Source: Candidatus Lindowbacteria bacterium RIFCSPLOWO2_12_FULL_62_27
Lineage (GTDB): Bacteria > Lindowbacteria > 2-12-FULL-62-27
DNA length: 64,000 bases
Direction of reading: 5' to 3'
NCBI GenBank assembly: GCA_001784175.1
Contig: MFPR01000004.1
Span: 248,001 to 312,000, forward strand
The position numbers and the translations under genes were made by a program. How positions within the stretch are numbered: the first letter of the stretch is position 1; each line of letters starts with the position of its first letter. This document shows positions 16,975 through 27,039 of this stretch, in pieces. The notes beneath the pieces are model-generated. The model saw only the letters and a list, made by a program, of their open reading frames with translations, did not search any database and was not told the origin of the DNA.

Positions 16975-19347
16975 CTATCGCGCCTCTTTGAGCGCCTTCA
17001 GAACCTTTTCCGGGGTGAAGGGGATGGACTTGAGCCGGATGCCGCAGGCGTTTTTGACGGCGTTGCTGATGGCCGGGGCCGGGCCGTTGATGTTGATCTC
17101 GGCGATGCTCTTGGCGCCGAACGGTCCCGACGGCTCGTACGACGGCACCAGGATGGTTTTCATGTCCGGCAGGTCCCGGGTGGAAAACAGTTTGTAGTCG
17201 AGGAAACTGGCGTTGGTCATCGCGCCGCGCGAATTGAAGACAAACTCCTCCGTCAGCGCGTAGGAAATGCCGTTCATGGCCGCGCCTTCGGACTGGCCCT
17301 CGGCCAGTTTCGGGTGGATGGCGACGCCGCAGTCGACGACCATCACGTACTTGATCAATTTCAAGTATCCCGTTTCGGTGTCGACGGCGACCTTGACGAA
17401 ATGCGCGGCGAAGGGCGGCGGGGACACGTAGGAGACGTGGGACTCGGTAGCCTCGATCTGGATCTGATTGCGGGAGTAGAGGGATCGCAGAGAGATATTT
17501 TTGTAGGAGATTTTCTTTTTGGATTTTTTCGACACCACGTGCCCGTCCTCACAGTGGAGGGTCTCGGGCTTTTCGGACAGGATTTCCGCCGCGACCGCGA
17601 TCATCTGCCGGCGGACGTTCTCGGCGGTCTTCTTGACGGCGCCGCCGGAAATGTAGGTGGTCGAGGATGCATAGGCGCCGACGTCGAAGGGCGTGAAGTC
17701 GGTGTCGGACGAATAGACGACGATTTTCTCCACCGGCACCGCCAGGGCCTCCGCCGCGATCTGGGTGAGAACGGTGTCGCTTCCGGTGCCAAGATCAGTG
17801 GCGCCGACGAGGAGGTTGAAGGACCCGTCCTCGTTCAACTTGATCGTGGCCGCGCCCATGTCGATGCCCGGAATGCCGGAGCCCTGCATGAGAATGGCGC
17901 AGCCGACGCCCGTCCGGACCGGACCGGCGCCGTGCTGTTTGCGCTCGCGGGCCCAGTTGATTTCCTTCGCGCCGATCTCGATGCACTGGTCGAGCTTGCA
18001 GGAACCGATGGACTGGTCGTAGCCTTCCTTGCCCTCGCCAAGCGCCGCAAATACCGGAGAGGTTTCGCCCTCGCGGATGTGATTTTTCCTGCGGATCTCG
18101 AGCGGATCCATGCGGAGCCGTTCGGCGATGTCGTCCATCAGGCCTTCGAGCGCGAAAAATCCCTGCGTGCCGCCGTAGCCGCGATAGGCGCCGCAGATGG
18201 GGAGGTTGGTGTAACAGGCCTCGCCGATGAATTTTGCATGTTTGCCCTTGTTGTACATCGGCAGGGTCTTCGATCCGGTGTTGCAGACCACCGTCAGGGC
18301 GTGGGTGCCGTAAGCGCCGGTGTTCGACAGCGCGTACATGTCGATCGCGTCGATCCGGCCGGATTTGTGGACGCCGACGCGGAGCTTGACGACATGCGGA
18401 TGGCGCGTGCGGGACGCGAAAAATTCCTCGGCGCGGGTCTGTTCGATTTTCGCCGGCCGCCGCGTCCGCAGCGCCACGAGGCCTGCGACGTATTCGAGAA
18501 ACACTTCCTGCTTGGCGCCGAATCCGCCGCCGATTCTCGGCTTGATGACACGTATCTGCCGCTCCGGGATTTGAAGGACCTGCGCGCAGATGCGGCGCGC
18601 GTGAAACGGAACCTGGGTGCTGGTGCGGATGACGAGCCGGTCGCGGTCGTCGAGATAGGCGATGCAGACATGAGGCTCGATCGGGCAGTGCTGGGCGTAT
18701 CCGAGGTCGTAGCGGTCCTCAAAGCGGTAGTCGGCCTGCGCGAGGCCCTTTTCGATGTCGCCGATTTCCACTTCGATCCGCGCCGCCAGATTCCGTTTGG
18801 GATCGTGCGCGCCGCGGATGTCGGGCTCGTCATGGATCACCGGCGCGCCCGCCTTGATGGCGGCCTCGGGGTCGAAGACGGCCGGAAGCTCCTCGTATTC
18901 GACCGCGATGAGCCGGCACGCCTCTTCGGCGATGTCCGCCGATTCCGCCGCCACCGCAGCCACGCGGTCGCCCACGAACCGCACCTTGTTGTCGAACATC
19001 ACGGCGTCGTAGGGCGAAGGCTCCGGATATCCCTGGCCGGCGGTGGTGTGCGGCACGCGGGGGACATTGCCGAAGTGGAGGACGCATTTTACGCCATTAA
19101 GTTTTTCGGCGCGCGTGGTGTCGATTTTGACAATCCGCGCGTGGGGATGCGGGCTGTAGAGGAACTTGATATAAAGCAATCCCCCGAATTTTTGGTCATC
19201 GACAAACTGTGCGACGCCGGTCGCCAGACACAGGCCGTCCACCTTCTCCACGTTGTGATGAACGACTTTAAATCCGGCGGCCGGATTTTTCGGCGCGGCG
19301 GCGCGGCGGCGCGTTCCGTGCCTGGCGGGGGACTTGACGGGCGGCAT
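16975..19347 (-). CDS. Xanthine dehydrogenase family molybdopterin-binding subunit
   Basis: SPHPHARI, STQVPF, IGGGFGAKQ, AYRGYG, GTGSDT, YASSTT, GPFGAKSIAE. Confidence 0.95.
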   Translation of the reverse strand: MPPVKSPARHGTRRRAAAPKNPAAGFKVVHHNVEKVDGLCLATGVAQFVDDQKFGGLLYIKFLYSPHPHARIVKIDTTRAEKLNGVKCVLHFGNVPRVPHTTAGQGYPEPSPYDAVMFDNKVRFVGDRVAAVAAESADIAEEACRLIAVEYEELPAVFDPEAAIKAGAPVIHDEPDIRGAHDPKRNLAARIEVEIGDIEKGLAQADYRFEDRYDLGYAQHCPIEPHVCIAYLDDRDRLVIRTSTQVPFHARRICAQVLQIPERQIRVIKPRIGGGFGAKQEVFLEYVAGLVALRTRRPAKIEQTRAEEFFASRTRHPHVVKLRVGVHKSGRIDAIDMYALSNTGAYGTHALTVVCNTGSKTLPMYNKGKHAKFIGEACYTNLPICGAYRGYGGTQGFFALEGLMDDIAERLRMDPLEIRRKNHIREGETSPVFAALGEGKEGYDQSIGSCKLDQCIEIGAKEINWARERKQHGAGPVRTGVGCAILMQGSGIPGIDMGAATIKLNEDGSFNLLVGATDLGTGSDTVLTQIAAEALAVPVEKIVVYSSDTDFTPFDVGAYASSTTYISGGAVKKTAENVRRQMIAVAAEILSEKPETLHCEDGHVVSKKSKKKISYKNISLRSLYSRNQIQIEATESHVSYVSPPPFAAHFVKVAVDTETGYLKLIKYVMVVDCGVAIHPKLAEGQSEGAAMNGISYALTEEFVFNSRGAMTNASFLDYKLFSTRDLPDMKTILVPSYEPSGPFGAKSIAEININGPAPAISNAVKNACGIRLKSIPFTPEKVLKALKEAR

Positions 19348-19349
19348 GG

Positions 19350-19841
19350 TCAGGCGATCCTGGCGGCGCGCGTCCCGCGGGTTTTGCGGGTTTCCTTGAC
19401 GGCGCGCGAGATGGCTTCGATTTGTTTGACGTATCCGGTACAGCGGCAGAGATTGCCGTCGAGGGCCTCTCGGATTTCGTCTTCGGTCGGCTCGGGATTT
19501 TCATCGATGAGCGCGGTGGCCGACACGACGATGCCCGGGACGCAGAAGCCGCACTGGATGCCGCCGGCCTCAGTCATTTCCTTCTGCACCGGGCTGGGCG
19601 CTTTTGGGTTGCCGATGCCCTCCACCGTCGTGATGGCCGCGCCCTGGACCTGCGCGGCGAAGAGAATGCAGGTGTTGACGGCCTTGCCGTCGACGATGCA
19701 GGCGCAGGCGCCGCAGTCGCCGGTGGAACACCCGCGTTTGACGCCCGTGTATCCCTCCTCACGGAGAATGTCGAGCAGCATGTCTTTGGGATGGATGTCG
19801 AATTCCTTCGGTTCGCCGTTGACGGTCACATTGAGTTTCAT
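19350..19841 (-). CDS. Xanthine dehydrogenase family 2x[2Fe-2S] subunit
   Basis: GCSTGDCGAC..C, QCGFCVPG, GNLCRCTGY. Confidence 0.95.
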   Translation of the reverse strand: MKLNVTVNGEPKEFDIHPKDMLLDILREEGYTGVKRGCSTGDCGACACIVDGKAVNTCILFAAQVQGAAITTVEGIGNPKAPSPVQKEMTEAGGIQCGFCVPGIVVSATALIDENPEPTEDEIREALDGNLCRCTGYVKQIEAISRAVKETRKTRGTRAARIA

Positions 19842-19860
19842 GAAACGCCTCCGATTTTTT

Positions 19861-20706
19861 CTACGACAAATTCTGAAACAGCCGCTTCACCAGCACCGCG
19901 GCGACTTCCCGGCGGTACTCGGCCGAGGCGCGCAGGTCGGAATCGGCCTGGATGCGCGCGGCGGCGCTTGCGGCGATGTCGGCGGCGGCCGCGGCCGTTT
20001 TGCCGCGAATCTTTTCCTCCGCCTCCTTGAGCCGGACCGGTTTGGAACCGTTGCCGACCGCGATCCGGGCCGACGCGATCGTCTTCCCTGACCCGGCCAA
20101 CGTCACTTTGGCCGCGGCGGAAAGGATCGAAATGTCCGTTTCGACCTTGGCCAGCCGGTTGTAGACGCACCGGCATGCCGGCGAGTCGCACGAGGGGATG
20201 CTGATTTCGCAGAGAATCCCGCCCGCGAGACTCTTTCGGGGACCCTTCTGGACGAATTCCTCAACCGGCGCTGAAATTTCCCTGGAAACGCCGGACGCGT
20301 CGAGCCCCGCGCGGATGCGGACCGACGCATCGAGCGCGACGAGGACGGTGACGAGGTCGGCCCAGAAATTTCCGGCGGCGAGGATCCCGCCCAAGGTCGC
20401 GCGGTTGCGGATGAGGGCCGTCAGATAATTCCGGGCGGCTTCCGCGACGATCCCGCCGGCCGACTGCCGCACCTGCTCGGACCGCTGGATTTCCCGGATC
20501 GCCGTCGTCGCGCCGATTCGAAGGCAACCGCGGTCCGCCATAATGCGCGTCAATCCCAGCGCGCCGAGATCCACGAGACCGTCCACGCCCCTGGGGTTCA
20601 GCGCGAGCGTAGTGCCGCCCGCCAGCGCGGAATTCTTGTCGGTCGGATCCGCCAGCAATTTCAATGCTTCTTCAAAGCCCGAAGGCCGATAATAGGTTTT
20701 GACCAA
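19861..20706 (-). CDS. Xanthine dehydrogenase family FAD-binding subunit
   Basis: LAGGTTL, IGAT, IRNRATLGG, SDLRASAEYR. Confidence 0.92.
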   Translation of the reverse strand: MVKTYYRPSGFEEALKLLADPTDKNSALAGGTTLALNPRGVDGLVDLGALGLTRIMADRGCLRIGATTAIREIQRSEQVRQSAGGIVAEAARNYLTALIRNRATLGGILAAGNFWADLVTVLVALDASVRIRAGLDASGVSREISAPVEEFVQKGPRKSLAGGILCEISIPSCDSPACRCVYNRLAKVETDISILSAAAKVTLAGSGKTIASARIAVGNGSKPVRLKEAEEKIRGKTAAAAADIAASAAARIQADSDLRASAEYRREVAAVLVKRLFQNLS

Positions 20707-20715
20707 GGGCGTATC

Positions 20716-21135
20716 CTAAGACTTGGGCTCCAAAATGTCAATCAGCAACGTGCCGGCCAGGTCCGGGGTCGGCGCCGGCTGCGCCTTCAAGCGCCGGTAG
20801 AGAGACTCCGCGATTTCGGACCGGAGGGGCAACCGGCGTGCGACGAGGGCGGCCACCATCGACAGCGCGGCCTCGTCTTCCGGCCAGCCGGCCGCGTGGG
20901 CCAGCTTGACGAAATCCTCGCGCTTGGGCGATACGACATCGGGGAAATCCGGGAACACAATCTGCAGAAGCGCTTTGCCGCCAGATTTGGCCATCACCCG
21001 GACATAAACGGTATCGCCGGGACCGTACGGGTCGCCGGTTTTTTGCGCGGCCATCTCGGCCGTATACATGCGGCCGGACAGATCGATTTGATAATAGCGC
21101 GGCGACAGTTGTTTCACGATCCGGCCGGCCACCAT
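20716..21135 (-). CDS. Hypothetical protein (loosely like the N-terminus of YlqG/FliK-associated proteins)
   Basis: ORF co-oriented downstream of rplS; small beta domain GDTVYVRV then helical hairpin; family guess weak. Confidence 0.5.
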   Translation of the reverse strand: MVAGRIVKQLSPRYYQIDLSGRMYTAEMAAQKTGDPYGPGDTVYVRVMAKSGGKALLQIVFPDFPDVVSPKREDFVKLAHAAGWPEDEAALSMVAALVARRLPLRSEIAESLYRRLKAQPAPTPDLAGTLLIDILEPKS

Positions 21136-21182
21136 TCGGCCGACAGGATATGGGAGGGCAACCTTTGGGACAAACGGGCGGT

Positions 21183-21707
21183 TCAGGAAGCCGGCTTCTG
21201 TTCCGGTGGCGCCGTTTCGGTGACAGATATTGCCGGCGCTTCCACGGGCGCCGCGGCCACCGGAGGCGCGGCCTCGGCCGCAGTCCCCGCCGCCCGGGTC
21301 AGGCCGCGGTCGGTGCTGCCCAGTCGGGACGCGCGCGCGGACCGGCCGCGAAGATAATACAGCTTGGCGCGGCGAACCTTTCCGTGCCGCTCGACCTTGA
21401 CGCGGTCGACCTTGGGCGAGTGCAGGAGGAACACGCGCTCGACGCCGACGCCCCAGGTGACCTTGCGGACCGTCACGGTCTGCCGGAGCCCGGATCCGTG
21501 GAGTGCGATCACGGTGCCTTCGAACTTCTGAATCCGTTCCTTCACCTCTTTGGCGCCTTCCTTCTTGCCGCGCTTGCCCTTCTCCTGCCTCACATCTTCC
21601 CCGCCCTCCTGGACCTTGACGAAGACAGACAGGGTGTCTCCGGGCTGGATCGGCGGGATATTTTTTTTGGCCTGCCTGGCTTCAAGCAGGGCGATTCGAT
21701 TGTCCAT
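21183..21707 (-). CDS. rplS: 50S ribosomal protein L19 with Lys/Glu-rich insertion and Ala/Pro C-terminal tail
   Basis: [56 protein letters not shown]. Confidence 0.97.
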   Translation of the reverse strand: MDNRIALLEARQAKKNIPPIQPGDTLSVFVKVQEGGEDVRQEKGKRGKKEGAKEVKERIQKFEGTVIALHGSGLRQTVTVRKVTWGVGVERVFLLHSPKVDRVKVERHGKVRRAKLYYLRGRSARASRLGSTDRGLTRAAGTAAEAAPPVAAAPVEAPAISVTETAPPEQKPAS

Positions 21708-22497
21708 TGAAAGCACCTTCCTTTTTCAGTTCGAGATAAATGCTGCCGTATGGCGACGCTAATATTTTTTTTTCCTCCAGCAGGTCCGGCCGGCGCCGGG
21801 CTGTGCGGAGGATGGCTTCGCGGGCGCGCCATTTGAAAATCGCGGCGTGGTCGCCGCTGCGAAGCGTCTCCGGAATCCCGCGGGTTTCGAACGCGGCCGG
21901 GCGCGTGTACTGCGGATATTCCAGCAGCCCGCCGGGCATCGCGAAGGATTCCTCCGCGCGCGACGCCTCCTTGCCCAGAACGCCGGGCACGTACCGCGAC
22001 ACGGCGTCAATCACGGCCAGCGCCGCAATCTCGCCGCCGCTCAGAACGAAACTCCCGACCGAAATCTCCCGCGCGCCGATCACTTCCAGCGCCCGCTGGT
22101 CGATGCCCTCATAACGGCCGCAGAGAAGACAAATCCGGCCGGCGTCGGAGACGCCGGCACTTGGGGCGCCGGAGGCGCTGATCCGGCGGCGCGCGCTCAG
22201 CTCCTGGGCCATCCGGTCGTCAAAGAGTTCACCGGACGCCGACAGGGCCAGGACCACTTCGGTTCCAGCCGCGCAGTCCCGAAACGCTCGGACGATCGGT
22301 TCCGGCTTCATCACCATGCCCGGGCCGCCGCCGTAGGGCGTATCGTCGCACACGCGATGGGGACCTTCCGCATAATCGCGGATGTTGACCGGCGTAACGG
22401 AGATTCTCCCGTCCGCCACCGCGTTTCCCAGGACGCTCTGCGCCAATACCGCGCCGCGGAACATGTCGGGGAACAGGGTGAGGACGATCCAGTCCAT
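21682..22497 (-). CDS. trmD: tRNA (guanine37-N1)-methyltransferase, with repeat-derived insertion
   Basis: [58 protein letters not shown]. Confidence 0.97.
   Translation of the reverse strand: MDWIVLTLFPDMFRGAVLAQSVLGNAVADGRISVTPVNIRDYAEGPHRVCDDTPYGGGPGMVMKPEPIVRAFRDCAAGTEVVLALSASGELFDDRMAQELSARRRISASGAPSAGVSDAGRICLLCGRYEGIDQRALEVIGAREISVGSFVLSGGEIAALAVIDAVSRYVPGVLGKEASRAEESFAMPGGLLEYPQYTRPAAFETRGIPETLRSGDHAAIFKWRAREAILRTARRRPDLLEEKKILASPYGSIYLELKKEGAFNGQSNRPA
22132..22191. repeat. ~60-bp GC-rich palindromic element inside trmD
   Basis: Near-identical reverse-complement copy at 39061-39121; internally shortened copy at 16189-16222. Confidence 0.8.
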
Positions 22498-22514
22498 CCT
22501 GCCGACCTCTTCTG

Positions 22515-22766
22515 TCACACTTTTTTAAAGAACCCGTGCCGGCGAAGGATGCTGCGAACCGTGTCGGACAGGACTGCGCCCTTGTCGATCCAGGAGCGGA
22601 TCCTGTCAGGTTTCAACTCGACCTTGGCCGGCTTTTTGAGCGGGTCGTAGGTGCCGACGATTTCGAGAAACCGCCCGTCGGTCGGCATCCGGTGATCGGT
22701 CGCGACGATCCTGTAAAACGGCTGCTTCTTTTTTCCCATCCTTCGCAATCTCAACGTCACTGCCAT
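22515..22766 (-). CDS. rpsP: 30S ribosomal protein S16
   Basis: MAVTLRLRRMGKKKQPFYRIV..DGRFLEIVGTYDP..GAVLSDTV. Confidence 0.98.
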   Translation of the reverse strand: MAVTLRLRRMGKKKQPFYRIVATDHRMPTDGRFLEIVGTYDPLKKPAKVELKPDRIRSWIDKGAVLSDTVRSILRRHGFFKKV

Positions 22767-22799
22767 TTGAAAAATCCGCCTCCTTCATTGCGCATGGCG

Positions 22800-24113
22800 C
22801 TATCCCAAACGCCCCATCATACCCATTTTCACGGCTTTTTTCATCATTTTTTTGAAATCTTCGAACCGCTTCACCAGCCGGTGAACCTCGTCGATCTGCA
22901 CGCCGCTGCCGCGGGCGATGCGGGTCCGGCGGGCCGGCGTCAAAAGATCGGGCCGGCGGCGCTCGGCCTTCGTCATGGACAGGATCATCGCCTCGACGCG
23001 CGTGAGGCCTTTTTCGCCGTCCTCGCCGACCGTGTCGAATTTGATTTTGCCGGTGAGTCCGCCAGGCAGATGCTGGAGGAGTTCGCCGAGTGGCCCCATT
23101 TTCCGGACGGCGCGAATCTGTTCCAGGAAATCCTCGAACGTCATCTCGCCCTTTGCCATGCGTTTCGCCGCGCGTTCCGCGTCCTCGACTTTGACCGACT
23201 GCTCAGCCTTCTCGACCAGCGACACGACGTCGCCCATGCCCAGGATCCGGCCGGCCATGCGGTCCGGGTGGAAGGGCGCGAGACGGTTCAGGGCCTCGCC
23301 TTCGCCGACGAAGAGGATCGGCGCGCGGAGGAGATGATAGACGGACAGCGCCGCGCCGCCGCGGGTGTCGGAATCGAATTTCGTCAGGATCACGCCGTCC
23401 ACGCCGACTTCGTCCGCGAACCCTTTCGCCACATTCACCGCGACCTGGCCGGTCATCGCGTCGATGACGAGGATTTTTTTCTCGACCGGCACCGCGTCCC
23501 GGACGGCGCGGAGTTCCGCGAAGACCGCGGGGTCGACTTCGGTGCGGCCGGCCGAATCGAGGATGACGACCGGCACGTTCTGGCGCTCGGCCTCGGCGAC
23601 GGCAGTTTTCGCGCTGGAGGGCGCGTCGGCCTGAGTTTTGAGAAACCGGACGCCGGCCTTTTTGGCAAGTTTCTCGAGTTGTTCCGACGCGGCAGGCCGG
23701 CTGCGGTCGAGGGTGACGAGGAGGGAAGATTTTTGCTGCGCGAGGAAAAACGCCGCGAGTTTCGCCGCCGTGGTGGTCTTGCCGCTGCCCTGAAGCCCCA
23801 TGAGGAGGAGGACGCTGGGCCGGCGGTCGAGCCGGATGGGGAAGACGGCGCCGCCGAGGAATTTGACGAGCGAGTCGTGGACGATCTTGACGAACGCGTC
23901 CGCCGGCCGGATCGAGTAGAGGACGTCCGCGCCGAGGGCCTTCATCCGGACCTCCTCGGTGAAGGCGCGGGTGACGGACAGATGCACGTCGGCCTCGAGG
24001 AGCGCGGTGCGGACCTCCTTGACGGCGTCGGCGACATTGGCCTCGGAGAGCCGGGCCTGTCCCCGGATTTTTTTGAACAACATGCCGAGCCTCCGGCTCA
24101 ACTGGTCAAACAT
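22800..24113 (-). CDS. ffh: Signal recognition particle protein Ffh
   Basis: ALLEADV, GLQGSGKTT, DSAGR, TKFDSDTRGGAALS, FHPDRMAGRILGMGD, M-domain RIARGSG. Confidence 0.98.
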   Translation of the reverse strand: MFDQLSRRLGMLFKKIRGQARLSEANVADAVKEVRTALLEADVHLSVTRAFTEEVRMKALGADVLYSIRPADAFVKIVHDSLVKFLGGAVFPIRLDRRPSVLLLMGLQGSGKTTTAAKLAAFFLAQQKSSLLVTLDRSRPAASEQLEKLAKKAGVRFLKTQADAPSSAKTAVAEAERQNVPVVILDSAGRTEVDPAVFAELRAVRDAVPVEKKILVIDAMTGQVAVNVAKGFADEVGVDGVILTKFDSDTRGGAALSVYHLLRAPILFVGEGEALNRLAPFHPDRMAGRILGMGDVVSLVEKAEQSVKVEDAERAAKRMAKGEMTFEDFLEQIRAVRKMGPLGELLQHLPGGLTGKIKFDTVGEDGEKGLTRVEAMILSMTKAERRRPDLLTPARRTRIARGSGVQIDEVHRLVKRFEDFKKMMKKAVKMGMMGRLG

Positions 24114-24145
24114 GTTCTTCTCTCACCTCCCGCCGGAAATCGTAT

Positions 24146-24263
24146 CCCCCTCTCCCGCCTTTGGCGGGAGAGGGTCGGGGTGAGGGTGGCAGTCTCAGGT
24201 CGTCGCCGTCCGCCCCCCTCACCTCAATCCTCTCCCCCCTTCGGGGGGAGAGGAAGTGAATAG
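24146..24263. repeat. 118-bp composite palindromic repeat, copy 1
   Basis: 4 mismatches to the direct copy at 25539-25656; two CCTCTCCC-N-GGGAGAGG hairpins. Confidence 0.9.
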
Positions 24264-25516
24264 TCACCCGAAATCTCAACGCCGCGTTCGAAAAACAAAT
24301 TGCATTTCTGGCAGAACATCGAGTCAAACACCGGGCGCTTGTAGAAATTCAGCGCGGCCAGACAGCGCTCGTATTTGACGCCGATGCGCATCCCGACGGC
24401 GGCGGGATAAAAGAACATGAATAGGACGAGCGCGCAAGCCGGCAGCGCACCGGCCGCCCGCCGATACTTGTCCCACAGCCGGTCCAGACAGACGGCTTCG
24501 AGAAGACACACGAGAGGCAGGACCGTCAGGACGTAGAAAAAATACGTCGGGCGCGCCACGAACATCCATGGCACGTAGAGACAGAGCGCCGCTTCGAGGA
24601 TCAGCCGGCCGGCCGGTCCCGAGCGCGCGCCGATCCAGATAGCGGGCCCGGCCAGCGCGAAGACGAGCAGGTTCATCGCGCCCATCACGACCTCGGCGGC
24701 CTGCGGGTCCGGCATCAGGCGCGCGTAGTAGAGATGCTGCGGGACCGCGAACCACGTCCACGCCGGGGAACCGTTGTGGGGCGAGAGGGCCTCGGAGGTC
24801 TGATGATAGTGGAGGGCCCACCATTGCCATTGAAAGAGGTCGAGGGGCGCGTGGTTCAAAAAATAGGCGCCGTTGCCGATGACGTAAAAGACGATCATGC
24901 CCGCGAGGAACCGCGCGGATTTTTTCCACGCGCGGCTCACCGCCAGACGCGCCAGCGCCCAGGGGACCAGCCAGACACCGATCCATTTGGCGCTCAGGGA
25001 AAGCCCAAGCGCGGCGCCGGCAAGACCGATGGCGGCGCGGTCGCCGGAAATTCGATCGGCCAGGAAAAAATAAAGGGCGGCCAGCAGGAAGCCGAGGGAA
25101 ACCATTTCCGGAGAAATCATGCGCGCGTGGACCCACAGGAGGGTGTTGGAGAACAAAAGCAGGGCCGCCAGGACCGCCGCGCGGGCGCTCAGGAATCGGA
25201 GCGCGATCGCGTAGGTGGCGGCGAGCGCGCCGGCGCCGGCGAGGAGCGACGGAACGCGCATGCCGACAATCGGATCGAACCCGAGCATGGCGGTGAGACC
25301 CGCGAATACTCCCTGCAGGGTTTTGGACAGGAGCGGATGTTCGAGATTCATCTGCGGCCCGCCCGAAAAAATCTCCCACGCGGCCGATCGGTACCGGAGT
25401 TCGTCACCGGCGAAGCCGGCGAGAAAGCCGAGGTTGTGGCCGGCGAAGATCAGGAAGAGGCAGACCAGCGACAGGATGAATTTGTGGCGCCGGAACCTGT
25501 CGGCGAACAAGGTCAC
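24224..25516 (-). CDS. Dolichyl-phosphate-mannose protein mannosyltransferase-like (GT39/PMT) membrane protein
   Basis: GDE loop motif, NLEHPLLSK, MRVPS, SAKWIG, HNGSPAWTW, LYVPW..RPTYFFY. Confidence 0.8.
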   Translation of the reverse strand: MTLFADRFRRHKFILSLVCLFLIFAGHNLGFLAGFAGDELRYRSAAWEIFSGGPQMNLEHPLLSKTLQGVFAGLTAMLGFDPIVGMRVPSLLAGAGALAATYAIALRFLSARAAVLAALLLFSNTLLWVHARMISPEMVSLGFLLAALYFFLADRISGDRAAIGLAGAALGLSLSAKWIGVWLVPWALARLAVSRAWKKSARFLAGMIVFYVIGNGAYFLNHAPLDLFQWQWWALHYHQTSEALSPHNGSPAWTWFAVPQHLYYARLMPDPQAAEVVMGAMNLLVFALAGPAIWIGARSGPAGRLILEAALCLYVPWMFVARPTYFFYVLTVLPLVCLLEAVCLDRLWDKYRRAAGALPACALVLFMFFYPAAVGMRIGVKYERCLAALNFYKRPVFDSMFCQKCNLFFERGVEISGDYSLPLPPKGGED

Positions 25517-25538
25517 AGAGAGAAACGGCTTTCAGCCA

Positions 25539-25656
25539 CCCCCTCTCCCGCCTATGGCGGGAGAGGGTCGGGGTGAGGGTGGCAGTCTCAGGTCGTCGCC
25601 ATCCGCCCCCCTCACCTCAATCCTCTCCCCCCTTTGGGGGGAGAGGAGGTGAATAG
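25539..25656. repeat. 118-bp composite palindromic repeat, copy 2
   Basis: Direct repeat of 24146-24263. Confidence 0.9.
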
Positions 25657-25680
25657 AAAGGCGAATAGATACGAGAAGAG

Positions 25681-27039
25681 TCACGAAAGCCCGTATTTTT
25701 TGAGTTTGTAGTTCAGCAGTTGCTTGGAAAGCCCGAGCGCCCGCGCGACGGAGGCCTTGTTCCGGTTGTGGCGCTGGAGCGCGTCCTGAATCAGCGTGCG
25801 CTCGTAGGCCTCGACCAGCGCCGCCAGCGTGCCAGCCGCGGCGGAGGCGGCCGGAATCGGCGCGGGGGAGGAGGCGTGTTCCGAAAGATCGATTTCGTCC
25901 GAAGGGGAGAGGAGCGCGGCGCGTTCGATGACGTTCTGAAGTTCGCGGACGTTGCCGGGCCACGGCGCGGTGAGCACGAATTTTCGCGAGGGTTCCGAGA
26001 GCCGCAACTCCGGCCGGTGATATTTTCGTCGAAGCTGATCGACAAAGCGGTCCACGAGCGGCGGAATATCGGCGCGCCGTTCCCGGAGGGGCGGGATGTG
26101 AAGGCGGCCGACATTGAGCCGAAAGAAGAGATCGTCGCGGAACCGGCCGGCGGCGACCTCCTCATCGATCTTGCGGTTCGTGGCCGCGATGATCCGCGCG
26201 TCGGAGGAGATCGTCGATTGCCCGCCGAGTCTCAGAAACCCGTGGCCGTCGAGGACGCGCAGGAGTTTGGGCTGGAGCGCCTGGGGAAGCTCGCCGATCT
26301 CGTCCAGAAAAAGCGTGCCGCCGGAGGCGAGTTCGAATTTGCCCTTGCGCAGGGCCGCGGCGCCGGTGAAAGCGCCTTTTTCGTAACCGAAGAGTTCCGC
26401 TTCGAGCAGAGGCTCTGGGATCGCGGCGCAATTGAGGGCGACAAACGCCTCGGAGGCGCGGCGGCTCCGCGAGTGAATGAACCGCGCCACCACCTCCTTG
26501 CCGGTCCCGCTCTCGCCGGTCAAAAGCACCGGCGCGTCCGCCGCCGCAAGCCGGACGGCGTCGGCGAACAACTGCGCGGTCCGCCGGTCCGCCTGAACGG
26601 GCGTCGCCATCGGGACGGCCCCGGCCCGCTCGACGGTGAGCGCCGCGAGATCCCGGACGCGGTCGCGCAGCCGCCAGGACTCAAAGGCGCGCCGGACGGT
26701 ATGAACGAGATGCTCGTCCTCGTAGGGTTTCTGGAGATAATCAAACGCGCCAAAGCGCAGTGCCTCGACCGCGGATTCGAGCGAGGCATTGCCTGTGAGC
26801 AAAATCACGGCGGGTTTCGTCGCGAGGTCCGCCGCGATCTTGAGCAAATCCAGCCCGGACCCATCCCCGAGCCGAAGATCGGTCAAAATCACCTCAGGCG
26901 CCGCGCGCTCCAGTTCCCGCCGCGCCCCGGCCACGCTGTCGACGCGGGCCACCGACACGCCGTTCATGCGCGACGCCAGCAGGCGCTCCAGCGCCACGCC
27001 GAGGGCGGGGTCGTCCTCCACCAGCAAGAGATGGCTCAT
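25681..27039 (-). CDS. NtrC-family sigma54-dependent response regulator
   Basis: LLVEDD..LTDLRL receiver; GESGTGKE, GAFTGA, LFLDEIGE, WPGNVREL; Fis-type HTH. Confidence 0.95.
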   Translation of the reverse strand: MSHLLLVEDDPALGVALERLLASRMNGVSVARVDSVAGARRELERAAPEVILTDLRLGDGSGLDLLKIAADLATKPAVILLTGNASLESAVEALRFGAFDYLQKPYEDEHLVHTVRRAFESWRLRDRVRDLAALTVERAGAVPMATPVQADRRTAQLFADAVRLAAADAPVLLTGESGTGKEVVARFIHSRSRRASEAFVALNCAAIPEPLLEAELFGYEKGAFTGAAALRKGKFELASGGTLFLDEIGELPQALQPKLLRVLDGHGFLRLGGQSTISSDARIIAATNRKIDEEVAAGRFRDDLFFRLNVGRLHIPPLRERRADIPPLVDRFVDQLRRKYHRPELRLSEPSRKFVLTAPWPGNVRELQNVIERAALLSPSDEIDLSEHASSPAPIPAASAAAGTLAALVEAYERTLIQDALQRHNRNKASVARALGLSKQLLNYKLKKYGLS

